Assembly (NCBI GenBank): GCA_963696655.1
Contig: CAVOLB010000051.1
Coordinates: 11,354 to 75,353, forward strand
Direction of reading: 5' to 3'
From: an uncultured Alphaproteobacteria bacterium
GTDB taxonomy: Bacteria > Pseudomonadota > Alphaproteobacteria > Dongiales > Dongiaceae
Length of the DNA stretch: 64,000 bases
In this document: piece by piece, positions 39,162-49,322 of the stretch
How positions within the stretch are numbered: the first letter of the stretch is position 1
Layout of the letters: each line of letters starts with the position of its first letter
Translations under genes and position numbers: made by a program
Notes under the pieces: model-generated
Database searches by the model: none
Seen by the model: the letters and a program-made list of their open reading frames with translations, nothing else
What the model was told of the DNA's origin: nothing

Positions 39162-39609
39162 GGGAATCTCTCCTGCTCAGTTCGCCACGGGGGCATGAGA
39201 CCAGTGATTCGCATTCGAACCTATGCCGACGGTGATGACAGATTAGGGTTTCTGCCGCGAGATGGGAATGAAGTCTGGCCCGGTGGGTTGCGACGATGAT
39301 TGAGTCGCCAATCAATTTGGCGCGCTCGCCGGCGTCCGCGGCGACACACGGGATATCGGCAGGGTTGCGCTGACGGCCTCCCCTCCGGATGTTCGAAATC
39401 GAACTTCTCTGGACTGATTGCGAAAATGGGTAAAGAGTAGGGACCTGTTTCGCCCCGGACTCATGGGGCGCCGATGGCAGAGCCCATCGGTCGCCGACGC
39501 AACGGCCCAGCTGCGTTTCGGCAAATGCTGACGTCTTATCGCCTGGATTTGCCGCCATCGGCTGCTGCTCTCCGCCGATGCGACCAATCCCGCTGGGGCC
39601 GGTGATGCC

Positions 39610-39930
39610 ATGAGCCGAACGCTGGACGAGGTCTTTGCGGCCATCGCCCGCCTGCCGGGCGACGATGGCGAGAAATTGCGGCTGCGGGACAGGGCGCGCC
39701 GATATCACCGCGCCTGCGGCTGTGCCCTGGGCGGCCTGTTTCTCGTCGTCGCGATCCTGGCCTCCGTGGGCGCTCTCATCCTGGCCGATCCCTTTCGCTG
39801 GAGCCTGTTCGCGCTGAGCCTTGCTGGCGTCTTCGGCGCGGGGTTCCTGGGCAAGGCGGTCGGCATCGGCTGGGCCAGGGCAAAACTCATGCTGATGCAC
39901 CGCTCGCTCGTTCGACGGATCGCGATCTGA
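39610..39930 (+). CDS. small membrane protein (106 aa, two TM helices)
   Basis: Strong GC3 codon bias. Hydrophobic helices LGGLFLVVAILASVGALIL and LFALSLAGVFGAGFLG. It ends 13 nt before the next gene. Confidence 0.6.
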   Translation: MSRTLDEVFAAIARLPGDDGEKLRLRDRARRYHRACGCALGGLFLVVAILASVGALILADPFRWSLFALSLAGVFGAGFLGKAVGIGWARAKLMLMHRSLVRRIAI

Positions 39931-39943
39931 AGGGGGAACCGCC

Positions 39944-41989
39944 ATGTCGACCTGCACCAACTGGGTCAACCAAGCCGTCATCACCTGCAAGAACTGGACG
40001 TCCCAGGTCGATTATGAATGCACGAGCTGGGCCGACGAAGGCTCGGACGAATGCTCGGAATGGGCCGACGAGGGGTCCGACCAATGCACCTCCTGGGATG
40101 AATGCCACTGGTACACGCCCTGGGATTGCATCGCCGGGTTCTTCTGCCGCGCCTGGTATTGGGTCGCGAAATGGGTCTGCAAGGGCTGGTACTGGGTTGC
40201 CAAGTGGGTCTGCAAGGCCTTCGCCTGGGTGGTGGAGAAGTTCTGCGTCCTGTTCGGCTGGGTCTTCCAGCTGGTCTGCACCGCCTGGGATACCCTGCGC
40301 TGCGCATTGCTGAATTTCTGGCACTGGCTCCAATCCCTGTTCGGCCGCGGCGGGAAGGGGCGCGGTCCGCAGATTGAGCATGTCTTCGTGCTGATGCTCG
40401 AGAACCGCTCCTTCGATCACATGCTGGGCCTGAGCGGCCTCACCGGCGTGGATCTTCAGGGCAACCCCGTCGCGGCCGACGGCGTCGCCGTGGGCGTCAA
40501 TACGAATCCCGATCCCGCCACCCATATCGATGTCTCGGTCGCGTCCGGCGCCGATTATTTCCTGTCGGGCATCGATGCGGGACCTGGCCATGAGTTCGAG
40601 AACGTGGTCACGCAGCTTTGCGGTGCCGGCGCGACCTATACCGACGGCGCGCCCTATCCCGATATCCACAACACGGGCTTCATCGCCGACTATGCCGACA
40701 GCGGCGCCCAGGTGCCGACGAACATCATGAAATGCTATGCCGCCGCGCAATTGCCGGTCATGAACCAGCTGGCCCGGGAGTTCGCGGTCTGCGACCGCTG
40801 GTTCTCATCGCTGCCGGGACCGACCTTTCCCAACCGGTTCTTCGCGATGGCGGCGACTTCGGGCGGCCTCGACGGCAGCCCGAGCGATCTCCAGACCGTC
40901 ATCGCGACCGGATTCGAGGGCTACCGCTTCGAGAACGGCAATATCTTCGACCAGCTCGACAAATATTGCCTGCCCTGGCGGATCTATCGCGGCGACGATT
41001 TTCCGGCGGCCTTCCTGCTGAGCGGCATGAACCTCAACGAGCTGCAGGGGCGTCTCACCGGCTTCGACGATTTCGAAAGCGAGGTGAACGACACCGGCTT
41101 CGACAAGAAGTTCGTCTGGATCGAGCCCAAATACAGCGCCGACAAGTTCGACATCACCGGCCCGGGCGATTTCACTTGCGGCAACTCCATGCACCCGAAG
41201 GATGACGTGAGGCGCGGGGAAAAGCTGATCAAGAAGGTCTATGAGGCGATCCGCAACTCGCCGCATTGGGAGAAGAGCCTGCTGATCGTGACCTTCGACG
41301 AGCATGGCGGCTTCTACGATCATGTGGCGCCGACGCCGGCCACGCCGCCTGGCGATACCTTCACCCAGGATTATATCCAGCATCACTTCCCGTTCGACCG
41401 CTATGGCGCCCGGGTGCCGACGCTGGTGATCTCGCCCCTGATCCGGAAAGGCGTGATCGACAAGACCGAGTATGACCACACCTCGGCACTGGCGACGGTG
41501 CAGAAGCTGTTCGGCATGGGCCATCTGACCGCCCGCGACGGCGCTGCCAGCGACCTGCTGCCGCTTCTGTCGCTGGGCGCGCCGCGGACCGACGCGCCCC
41601 TGACCCTGCTGCCGGTTGCCGACGATCTGCCGCCTCTTCCTTGCGGCGACGATGACGACGAAACCGGCGTGATCCTCCGGATGAAGCTGGCCGAGATGAA
41701 GTCCGCGCAGGCCGGCGGCATCTATCGGGGGAAAAGGGTCCGCCAGGCGCCGGTCGATCGCTCCCAGATCGGCTTCATCCAGGTGGCCCTGCTGCGCGTG
41801 CTGCAGGACGCCGAGTATCCCGAGCGCGAGCAATGGATCGCGGAATACCGGCAGATCCAGAACAATCTCGACGCGGCGGTCTTCATGACCGAAGCCAAGC
41901 TCAAGCTTCGCTATGGCGCCGACGTCAAGAAGGAAGCCCGGTTGGAGCAGGAGAAGCTGCGGCAGGAGCAGCGCGCTCGCACGCGCTAG
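39944..41989 (+). CDS. phosphoesterase-family (phospholipase C/acid phosphatase AcpA-like) protein with an N-terminal Cys/Trp-rich 11-residue-repeat domain
   Basis: Catalytic-domain signature IEHVFVLMLENRSFDHMLG, with ...LLIVTFDEHGGFYDHV further on. Residues 4-128 have Cys at positions 4, 15, 26, 37, 48, 68, 79, 90, 101 and 112, mostly as CxxW. No Sec or Tat signal. Confidence 0.8.
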   Translation: MSTCTNWVNQAVITCKNWTSQVDYECTSWADEGSDECSEWADEGSDQCTSWDECHWYTPWDCIAGFFCRAWYWVAKWVCKGWYWVAKWVCKAFAWVVEKFCVLFGWVFQLVCTAWDTLRCALLNFWHWLQSLFGRGGKGRGPQIEHVFVLMLENRSFDHMLGLSGLTGVDLQGNPVAADGVAVGVNTNPDPATHIDVSVASGADYFLSGIDAGPGHEFENVVTQLCGAGATYTDGAPYPDIHNTGFIADYADSGAQVPTNIMKCYAAAQLPVMNQLAREFAVCDRWFSSLPGPTFPNRFFAMAATSGGLDGSPSDLQTVIATGFEGYRFENGNIFDQLDKYCLPWRIYRGDDFPAAFLLSGMNLNELQGRLTGFDDFESEVNDTGFDKKFVWIEPKYSADKFDITGPGDFTCGNSMHPKDDVRRGEKLIKKVYEAIRNSPHWEKSLLIVTFDEHGGFYDHVAPTPATPPGDTFTQDYIQHHFPFDRYGARVPTLVISPLIRKGVIDKTEYDHTSALATVQKLFGMGHLTARDGAASDLLPLLSLGAPRTDAPLTLLPVADDLPPLPCGDDDDETGVILRMKLAEMKSAQAGGIYRGKRVRQAPVDRSQIGFIQVALLRVLQDAEYPEREQWIAEYRQIQNNLDAAVFMTEAKLKLRYGADVKKEARLEQEKLRQEQRARTR

Positions 41990-42028
41990 GCCCTCTTCGT
42001 CGAAGTTCGGCGATCGCGGCGGCGCGGT

Positions 42029-42994
42029 CTACGGAGCGCTGCGCAACGCCCGGCTTTCGGCGAACTGCCAGCTGACGAGGCCCGGCAGGAAGATGACGCC
42101 GTCGCGGATGCGCCGCGCGGTCGCCAGCGCCATGGCCGTCACCGGATCGAGTCCGATGGCGGCCCCGATCAGCAGGAAGGCCGCCTCCTGCACGCCGAGC
42201 GCACCCGGCACCAGAAAGGCGGCGCTGCTGACCGCCTGGATCACTGATTCGACGATGACGGCGTCGATCACGCCGATGGGCCGGCCCAGGACCCAAAGTG
42301 CCGCCCAGATCTCGGCGGCTCCGGCCAGCCATCCGGCCAGCAGCCACAACAGACAGCCCCCGATTGCGGCGTGTCGGCGGTAGAGTGCTCTGATCTCGCG
42401 ATCGATCTGGGCGGAATGACCGACGGCCGCCTCGAACCGGCCCGCGGCGAGGCGATTGAGAAGCCGCATCGCCTTCTCGGTGAGCCCCGCATTTTGCAAG
42501 GCGATGAGAAGCGAGACGCCGACCGCCAGCAGCAGGAGGGCGAGAGCCATCCTGGCGAACAGGGTCGTGGCCGAATCGAGATAGAGGAAGGTCAGGCCCA
42601 TCAGGGCGAAGGCCAACTGGCTGACGATCGAGAGCGCGACCTCGACGGTCACGCCGGCGACGGCCGGGGAGCGGTTGATGCCCACGCGCCGTAGCATGCG
42701 ATAGGCGACGATCTCACCGCCGACCCGTGCCACGGGTAGCAAGCCGTTCACCGCCTCGCGGATCCAGATCACGCGCATCAAGCTCGCGAGCTTCGGCCGG
42801 CTCCCGACGGGGAAGAGCAGGCGCCAGGCCTGGGCGTTGATCAGCATGGGAAACAGATGAACCAGGCTCGCCAGGACCAATCCCGGCCCTGCGATCTCGA
42901 GCAAACTCAGAATTGCGCCGGGGTCGTCGCGCAGAAACAGCCACACCGCGAGAATCAGGCCGGCGAGGGCCAGAACCTTGCCGAGATGCTTCAT
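42029..42994 (-). CDS. hpnL: hopanoid-associated UPF0104/flippase-like membrane protein HpnL
   Basis: Polytopic membrane protein in the LPG-synthase-TM-like family. It is the 3' gene of hpnI-J-K-L, with an ATGA overlap onto hpnK. Confidence 0.7.
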   Translation of the reverse strand: MKHLGKVLALAGLILAVWLFLRDDPGAILSLLEIAGPGLVLASLVHLFPMLINAQAWRLLFPVGSRPKLASLMRVIWIREAVNGLLPVARVGGEIVAYRMLRRVGINRSPAVAGVTVEVALSIVSQLAFALMGLTFLYLDSATTLFARMALALLLLAVGVSLLIALQNAGLTEKAMRLLNRLAAGRFEAAVGHSAQIDREIRALYRRHAAIGGCLLWLLAGWLAGAAEIWAALWVLGRPIGVIDAVIVESVIQAVSSAAFLVPGALGVQEAAFLLIGAAIGLDPVTAMALATARRIRDGVIFLPGLVSWQFAESRALRSAP

Positions 42995-43848
42995 GCTGCG
43001 TATTCCGCTGCCTTGAAATCCCCGAAGCCGCCCCGGGCGGCGCCCGTCTCCTGCAGCGCGGCAAGAACCGAGGGCGCCATGAGGGCGGCCAGTTCCTGAG
43101 CATAACCATAGCCGGGAGCGGCGCCCGGAAAATCATTCGAGACGGCGGGGTGGAGGTAGATTTCGCTCAAGCCGGCGGGAAGGTGGCGCAAAACGCCGGC
43201 CAGGCGCGATTCGGTCATGGCCCCCGACCAGGCGAGCCCGAACACCTGGCGGGGAACCAGCAGGCCCGCCATCGCAAATCTCGCCTGCAGCAGCCCGGTG
43301 ACAGGCGCCAGAAGCATCGGTTGAACGGGACGCGATCCCGGCTCGATGCGGCGGAGAATGGCGGCCGGTTCCGCCGGGACCCGCGCGGCGGACATGCCGA
43401 ACCGGCGGCCGATCGCGATGATCCGTCCGGCGACCGTGGGATGAAGGTGAAAATGCTTGTGGGTGTTGACGTGATCGAGCCGCAGGCCGGTCGCGCGGAA
43501 GGCCTCGAACTGCGCGGCAATCTCGGCGGTCAGTTGGTGTCGCACCGCGGGCCGAAAGAACATATCGACGCCCATAGAGGCCATGTCGGACCGGAAGAAG
43601 CCCCGGGCGTCCACCAGATCCGGAATCTCGGCCGGCGGCAGGGCCGGCGTTCCTTCGACCAGCACGAGGTGCAAGCCGACCCTCAAGGCGGGCAGGCGCC
43701 TGGCGCGCGCCACGGCGTCGGCCGCCGCCATACCGGTCACCATCAGGCTGGCCGCCGTCAGGATGCCGTCGCGATGCGCGGCCTCGACCGCCTCGTTGAT
43801 CTCGATGGCGGCCCCGAAGTCGTCGGCTGTGACGATGACGCCCTTCAA
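42991..43848 (-). CDS. hpnK: YdjC-family deacetylase HpnK
   Basis: N-terminus MKGVIVTADDFGAAIEINEAVEAAHRDGILT is YdjC-like. Overlaps the hpnJ stop. Confidence 0.8.
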   Translation of the reverse strand: MKGVIVTADDFGAAIEINEAVEAAHRDGILTAASLMVTGMAAADAVARARRLPALRVGLHLVLVEGTPALPPAEIPDLVDARGFFRSDMASMGVDMFFRPAVRHQLTAEIAAQFEAFRATGLRLDHVNTHKHFHLHPTVAGRIIAIGRRFGMSAARVPAEPAAILRRIEPGSRPVQPMLLAPVTGLLQARFAMAGLLVPRQVFGLAWSGAMTESRLAGVLRHLPAGLSEIYLHPAVSNDFPGAAPGYGYAQELAALMAPSVLAALQETGAARGGFGDFKAAEYAA

Positions 43849-45275
43849 GGTGCGATGGCCCGGCGCTCGCGCAGGAAGCGGAAGAACTCGACACCTTCGC
43901 GAAGCCGGCGCCGCATCATCTCGGGGCTGCGGACCATCTCGCCGACGATCGAGGCGATCTTTCCCGAGCGGAAGTAGAAGCGACGATAGAACTCCTCGAC
44001 GGAATCGAAGATCTCTTCATGGCTGAGATGCGGATAGTGGAGCGGCGCGATCTGCACGCCATGCGCATCCACCAGCTCGGCATTCGCCTCGTCGAGCCAG
44101 CCGTTCTCCAGGGCCTGCTTGTAAAGGAAGGTCCCGGGATAGGGCGCGGCCAGTGACACCTGGATCGTGTGAGGGTTGATCCGGGCTGCGAAGCGGATGG
44201 TCTCCTGGATGGTTTCCCTGGATTCTCCCGGCAGTCCCAGAATAAAAGTGCCGTGGATGGCGATCCCCAGCTCGTGGCAGTCCTTGGTGAAGCGCTCGGC
44301 GACCTCGATGCGCATCCCCTTCTTGATGTTATGCAGGATCTGCTGATTGCCGGATTCATAGCCCACGAGAAGCAGCCGCAGCCCATTGTCCCGCATCACC
44401 TTGAGGGAGGCGCGCGGAACATTGGCCTTGGCGTTGCAGGACCAGGTCACGCCCAGCTTGCCCAATCCTTTGGCAATGGCCTCGGCGCGCGGCAGGTCGT
44501 CGGTGAAGGTGTCGTCGTCGAAGAAGAATTCCTTCACTTGCGGGAAGGCCTTTTGCGCCCAGGCGATCTCCTCAAGCACATGGCCGACGCTGCGCGTCCG
44601 GTAACGGTGGCCGCCCACGGTCTGTGGCCAGAGGCAGAAGGTACAACGCGATTTGCAGCCGCGACCGGTATAGATGGAGATATAGGGGTGCTTGAGGTAA
44701 CCGATGAAATAGCGCTCGATCTTCAGATCGCGCTGATAGACCGGCGTCACGAAGGGGAGCAGGTCCATATTCTCGAGGATCGGACGCTCGGCGTTGTGCT
44801 TGATCCTGCCGTCGCGATGGCGGAAGGAGATGCCGGCGATCGAGGTCAAGGGGCGCTCTTCGGCGACCTCCCTGATCGCGAAATCGAACTCGTTGCGCGC
44901 GACGAAATCGAGCGCTTCCGCGGCCTTCAGGCTGCCATCCGGATCGACCGCCACCTTGGCGCCGACAAATCCGGCCATCAGCGCGGGATTGGCCGCCTTC
45001 AAGGCTTCGATCGTCTTGACGTCGGAGGCGAAGGACGGCGTCGAGGTGTGGAGGACGACAAGGTCATAATCCTTCGCGACCGCGGTCACGTCGGCAACGG
45101 TGAGGTCGTGGGCGGGCGCGTCGATCAGGCGGCTGCCTGGAATGAGGGCCGCCGGCTGCGCCAGCCAGGTCGGATACCAGAAGGACCGGATCTCGCGCCG
45201 GGCCTGGTAGCGGGAGCCGGCCCCGCCGTCGAATCCCTCGAAGGAGGGGGCTTGTAGGAACAGAGTGCGCAGCAT
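43845..45275 (-). CDS. hpnJ: B12-binding radical SAM protein HpnJ
   Basis: MLRTLFLQAPSFEGFDGGAGSRYQARREI... start at 45275, and the radical-SAM motif GCKSRCTFC. Confidence 0.85.
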   Translation of the reverse strand: MLRTLFLQAPSFEGFDGGAGSRYQARREIRSFWYPTWLAQPAALIPGSRLIDAPAHDLTVADVTAVAKDYDLVVLHTSTPSFASDVKTIEALKAANPALMAGFVGAKVAVDPDGSLKAAEALDFVARNEFDFAIREVAEERPLTSIAGISFRHRDGRIKHNAERPILENMDLLPFVTPVYQRDLKIERYFIGYLKHPYISIYTGRGCKSRCTFCLWPQTVGGHRYRTRSVGHVLEEIAWAQKAFPQVKEFFFDDDTFTDDLPRAEAIAKGLGKLGVTWSCNAKANVPRASLKVMRDNGLRLLLVGYESGNQQILHNIKKGMRIEVAERFTKDCHELGIAIHGTFILGLPGESRETIQETIRFAARINPHTIQVSLAAPYPGTFLYKQALENGWLDEANAELVDAHGVQIAPLHYPHLSHEEIFDSVEEFYRRFYFRSGKIASIVGEMVRSPEMMRRRLREGVEFFRFLRERRAIAP

Positions 45276-45276
45276 G

Positions 45277-46443
45277 TCAGTGCTCCTGTGTGACGGACAG
45301 CATGCCATTCGCGCGGACCCGGAACCGCCGTCCGCGCCATGAAACCTTCTCGACAAAGAATGTCGCGCAGAAGACGGCGAAGGAAATCAGGTCTCGCAGC
45401 GGCATCAGCCACCATCCTGCGCCGCCGAGGCTGCTGCCCACCGAATGGTCGACCTGATAGCGAAGGAAATGCCGCGATGCCAAGGCGGCCAGACAAAGAG
45501 CCGTGATCCAAGGGGTCAAGCCGAAAGCCAAGCCGCTCAGGAGGGCGAGAGGCAGCGGCTGGGTCGCGATCATGCCCGCGAAGCTCGGGCCGGCGACGGA
45601 ACGAATGGTGCGCGACCAGCGCAGCTCGTGATTCAGCAGCGCGCCGAGGCTCTGCTCGGTGCAGCTATGCGTCACCAGCATCGGCGCCACCGTCACCTCC
45701 AGGCCCAGCGCCCTGACCGCCTCGCCGATGGCATTGTCATCGGCAAGATGGTCGGCGAAGGCCTCGAATCCGCCGACCCGATCCAGGACGCTGCGGCGGA
45801 GGGCGATGGTCGAGCCGAAGCAGGGGCGCGCCAGACCGCTCCTGAGGCCGATGATGACGCTCGGCAGGAAGTTGTAGTCGATCGCCATGGCCGATAAAAA
45901 CGGCCAGAGGCCTGCCAGCGGCGCGCCGCGATAGAGACAGGTGACGAGCCCGACCCCGGGCCGGGCGAGCTCGGTGACGGTGCGCCGTAGATAGTCCGGG
46001 CCGACCCCGATATCGCTGTCGGAAAGGACGAGAACCTCGTGGCGCGCGGCCCTCGCGATGTTCACGACGTTGGAGATCTTGCGGTTGGCCCCGTATTCGC
46101 GGGCATCGATCACCAGGGAGATCGCCATCCTCGGGTGCCGATCCTGCAGCGCCCTGACATGGCGGATGGCGGGGTCGTGAGGATCCTGGACCCCGAAGAC
46201 GAGATCGATCTCGCCCGGATAGTCGATCTGGCATAGAGACTCGAGATTCAATTCCAGCTCGATTTCTTCCCCGTACAGGGGTTTCAGGATGCTGACGGAA
46301 GGAAAGTCGGAGAGTTCGCCGCCACGACTGCGAAAGAACCGTCGCACGAGGATGCCGGCGATAAAGGTGTAGAGGATGCCGAGGCCGGCGCAGAGCACGC
46401 AGAACGCACCGGTGATTTCTACGAACTGGGGATTGATGGTCAT
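45277..46443 (-). CDS. hpnI: family-2 glycosyltransferase HpnI
   Basis: GT-A features (VSILKPLYGEE, LVLSDSDI) and operon position. The start could be 46443 or the upstream ATG at 46530. Confidence 0.8.
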   Translation of the reverse strand: MTINPQFVEITGAFCVLCAGLGILYTFIAGILVRRFFRSRGGELSDFPSVSILKPLYGEEIELELNLESLCQIDYPGEIDLVFGVQDPHDPAIRHVRALQDRHPRMAISLVIDAREYGANRKISNVVNIARAARHEVLVLSDSDIGVGPDYLRRTVTELARPGVGLVTCLYRGAPLAGLWPFLSAMAIDYNFLPSVIIGLRSGLARPCFGSTIALRRSVLDRVGGFEAFADHLADDNAIGEAVRALGLEVTVAPMLVTHSCTEQSLGALLNHELRWSRTIRSVAGPSFAGMIATQPLPLALLSGLAFGLTPWITALCLAALASRHFLRYQVDHSVGSSLGGAGWWLMPLRDLISFAVFCATFFVEKVSWRGRRFRVRANGMLSVTQEH

Positions 46444-46884
46444 GGGGATCGCAATGGTTGCCTGGCGGGGAAAAGAATCGGGAACCGTCGTCTGTCTCTC
46501 GTCTCGACTTCCCGATGTGGCGCTCGTCATCCCCTACGACCGCTTAGCCCATGACATTGGTTGCACTGTGGCTCAAATATGCGCCAGCACTTTACTGTGA
46601 AATTATTGTAACGCCGTACCGACTCGGATTGTCGAGCGCGACGAAGATGCCGCGCCGTCTCGACACGAAACGGGAAGGAATATTTTCTCTGCGAGCTCTG
46701 GAGGCGCCGCATTCGAGCGCATGGCGGCGAGAATCTTCTAGACCGACAGGGAACCGACAGGAAGATGTGCCCGTCCCCACATTGCCGGGCGGCAACAATC
46801 CCAAGATCGGCGGAATTCTCGACCCGGCGCATTGGCGGTAATCGCGGTCGTCTCGCTGCCAGGCTGTGCTGCCGCGCTCAGGCA

Positions 46885-46909
46885 GCGGCCGGCCCGGAAG
46901 GTCGGCCGC
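46885..46909 (-). terminator. possible stem-loop terminator after the coxL-like gene
   Basis: GCGGCCGGCC CGGAA GGTCGGCCGC (10-bp stem with one G-U pair) lies about 30 nt 3' of the stop. There is no U-tract, so this is weak. Confidence 0.3.
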
Positions 46910-46937
46910 CGGACTCCGTCGGCGGGAAGCAGCTACG

Positions 46938-49322
46938 TCAGCGCTTTCTCGCCGCCTGGATCGCGCGCCAGATGCGCTCGGGCGTCGCCGGCATGTCGAT
47001 GTCGGTGACGCCTAAAGGCGCCAACGCGTCGAGCACGGCGCTCACCAGCGCCGCAGGGCCGGCGATGGCGCCCGCCTCGCCGCAGCCTTTGACGCCCAGC
47101 GGATTGTAGTGGCAGGGCGTGACGATGGATTCGATCCGCATCGAGGGCAGGTCGGAGGCCCGCGGCAGCGCGTAATCCATCAGCGAGCCCGAGAGCAGCT
47201 GCCCTGTCTCCTTGTCGAAGGCGCAGAGCTCCATCATGCCCTGGCCCACACCTTGCGCCAGGCCGCCATGGATCTGGCCCTCCACGATCATCGGATTCAT
47301 CTGGTTGCCGAAATCGTCAACGGCCGCCAGCGCCAGGATCTCGATCTTGCCGGTCTCGGGATCGACCTCGATCTCGCAGAGATGGCAGCCATAGGGGAAG
47401 GTGAAGTTGGGCGGGTCGAAATAGGTGGTCATCTCGAGCCCCGGCTCCAGCTTGTCGAGCGGGTAATCGACCGGGTTGTAGGCCGCGCGCACGACCTCCT
47501 TGAAGGTGCGGCTGAGATCGGTGCCGGCGACGCGGAATACGCCCTGCTCGAAAGTCACGTCGGTCGGATTGGCCTCCATCAGATGGGCCGCGATCTGGCG
47601 CGCCTTCTCGACCACCTTGTCGAGCGAGATCTTGAGCGCCGAGCCGCCGACCGCGATCGAGCGCGAGCCATAGGTGCCGATGCCATAGGGCACGCGATCG
47701 GTGTCGCCATGGACGATCTCGACCGCGTTGAAATCGACGCCCAGCGCGTCGGCGACGATCTGGGCATAGACCGTCTCATGGCCTTGCCCATGGGTGTGGC
47801 TGCCGGTCAGCACGGTGACATTGCCGGTCGGGTTCACTCGCACCGTGCCCACTTCATATTGCCCGGCCTGGCAGCCCTGCTCGTTCAACAGCTTGGAGGG
47901 ACCCATGCCGCAGGATTCCATGTAATAGGCGAAGCCCAGTCCGCGATAACGATTGCGCGTCAGCGCCTCGGCGCGGCGCGCGGGGAAGCCGGCGAAGTCG
48001 GCGACCGCGACCGCCTGGTCCATCAGCCGGTCGAACTCGGCCACGTCATAGGTCCAGAGCAGCGGCGTCTTGTAGGGGAAAGCCTCGGGCGGGATGAAGT
48101 TCCGCCGCCGCATCTCGACCCGGTCGATGCCCATCTCGCGCGCGGCCGCATCCATGGCGCGTTCCAGCACATAGGTGCATTCGGGCCGGCCGGCGCCGCG
48201 ATAGGCGTCGACCGGCTGGGTGTTGGTGAAGGCGGCGCGCGTCCGGCACTGCACCGCGCGCACCTTGTAGGGACCGGGGAAGGGATAGGCATAGAAGAAG
48301 GAAGGGATCGCCGGCGCGAAGGTCGAGAGATAGGCGCCCATATTGGCGATGGTGTCCACTTTGAGTCCCTGCATGACGCCCTGGGCGTCGAGGGCAAGAG
48401 AGACCGTGGTCACATGGTCGCGCGCATGGGTGTCGCTGAGATAGGCCTCGCTGCGGTCGGAGATCCATTTCACGGGCCGCTTGAGCCGGCGCGAGGCGAA
48501 CACCACCAGCACCTCCTCGGCATAGTGATAGATCTTCATGCCGAATCCGCCGCCGACATCGGGCGCCACCACGCGGATCTTCTCTTCCGAGATGCCGAGC
48601 GTGGCGACCGCCAGCAGCACGCGGATGATGTGGGGGTTCTGGTTCGAGGTGTAGAGCGTGTAGCGGTCGGTCGAGGAATCGTAATGGCCGATCGTGCCGC
48701 GCGTCTCCATCGGCGAGGCATGGATGCGGTTATTGACCAGCTTCAGGGTGGTGACATGGGCGGCATCGGCGAAGGCGCGCGCGACCGCGGCGGTGTCGCC
48801 GATCTCCCAGTCATAGCAGAGATTGCCGGGCGCCTCGGGCCAGAGCTGCGGCGCCGCGGGATCGACCGATGTCTCGAGATCGACGATATGAGGCAGGGGC
48901 TCATACTCGACCTCGATCCGCTCCATCGCATCGAGCGCCTGGGCGCGGGTCTCGGCCACGACGAAGGCGACCGGATCGCCGACATGGCGCGCGCGCTCGG
49001 TCGCCAGCACCGGATGGGGCGGCTTCGCCATCGGGGCGCCGGTGGTCTTGGGCACGATCCAGCCCACGGGCAGGCCGCCGACCTTGGCGGCGTCGAGATC
49101 GGCGCCGGTCACGATGTCGAGCACGCCCGGCATGGAACGCGTCTCCGCGATGTCGAGCTTCAGGATGCGAGCATGGGCATGGGGCGAGCGCAGCACCACG
49201 CCATAGGTCATGCCGGGAATCTGGAAATCGTCGACATAACGCCCTTCGCCGGTGATGAAGCGCCGGTCTTCCTTGCGTTTGATCCGTTGGCCGACGAGCG
49301 GAGCGGCGACGGGCTTGTTCAC
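46938..49322 (-). CDS. form-II CoxL-like molybdopterin hydroxylase large subunit (xanthine dehydrogenase family)
   Basis: [33 protein letters not shown]-terminus and the active-site loop [11 protein letters not shown] (form-II AYRGAGR). GTG at 49322 is preceded by GGAGA. The upstream 175 codons of the track ORF are Arg/Pro junk. Confidence 0.85.
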   Translation of the reverse strand: MNKPVAAPLVGQRIKRKEDRRFITGEGRYVDDFQIPGMTYGVVLRSPHAHARILKLDIAETRSMPGVLDIVTGADLDAAKVGGLPVGWIVPKTTGAPMAKPPHPVLATERARHVGDPVAFVVAETRAQALDAMERIEVEYEPLPHIVDLETSVDPAAPQLWPEAPGNLCYDWEIGDTAAVARAFADAAHVTTLKLVNNRIHASPMETRGTIGHYDSSTDRYTLYTSNQNPHIIRVLLAVATLGISEEKIRVVAPDVGGGFGMKIYHYAEEVLVVFASRRLKRPVKWISDRSEAYLSDTHARDHVTTVSLALDAQGVMQGLKVDTIANMGAYLSTFAPAIPSFFYAYPFPGPYKVRAVQCRTRAAFTNTQPVDAYRGAGRPECTYVLERAMDAAAREMGIDRVEMRRRNFIPPEAFPYKTPLLWTYDVAEFDRLMDQAVAVADFAGFPARRAEALTRNRYRGLGFAYYMESCGMGPSKLLNEQGCQAGQYEVGTVRVNPTGNVTVLTGSHTHGQGHETVYAQIVADALGVDFNAVEIVHGDTDRVPYGIGTYGSRSIAVGGSALKISLDKVVEKARQIAAHLMEANPTDVTFEQGVFRVAGTDLSRTFKEVVRAAYNPVDYPLDKLEPGLEMTTYFDPPNFTFPYGCHLCEIEVDPETGKIEILALAAVDDFGNQMNPMIVEGQIHGGLAQGVGQGMMELCAFDKETGQLLSGSLMDYALPRASDLPSMRIESIVTPCHYNPLGVKGCGEAGAIAGPAALVSAVLDALAPLGVTDIDMPATPERIWRAIQAARKR

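Noticed and set aside
37185-39299. 704-aa plus-strand ORF
   Set aside because: Antisense to the PLD-like gene, which carries two clean HKD motifs. The plus-frame product is low-complexity (R/G/A/L/H).
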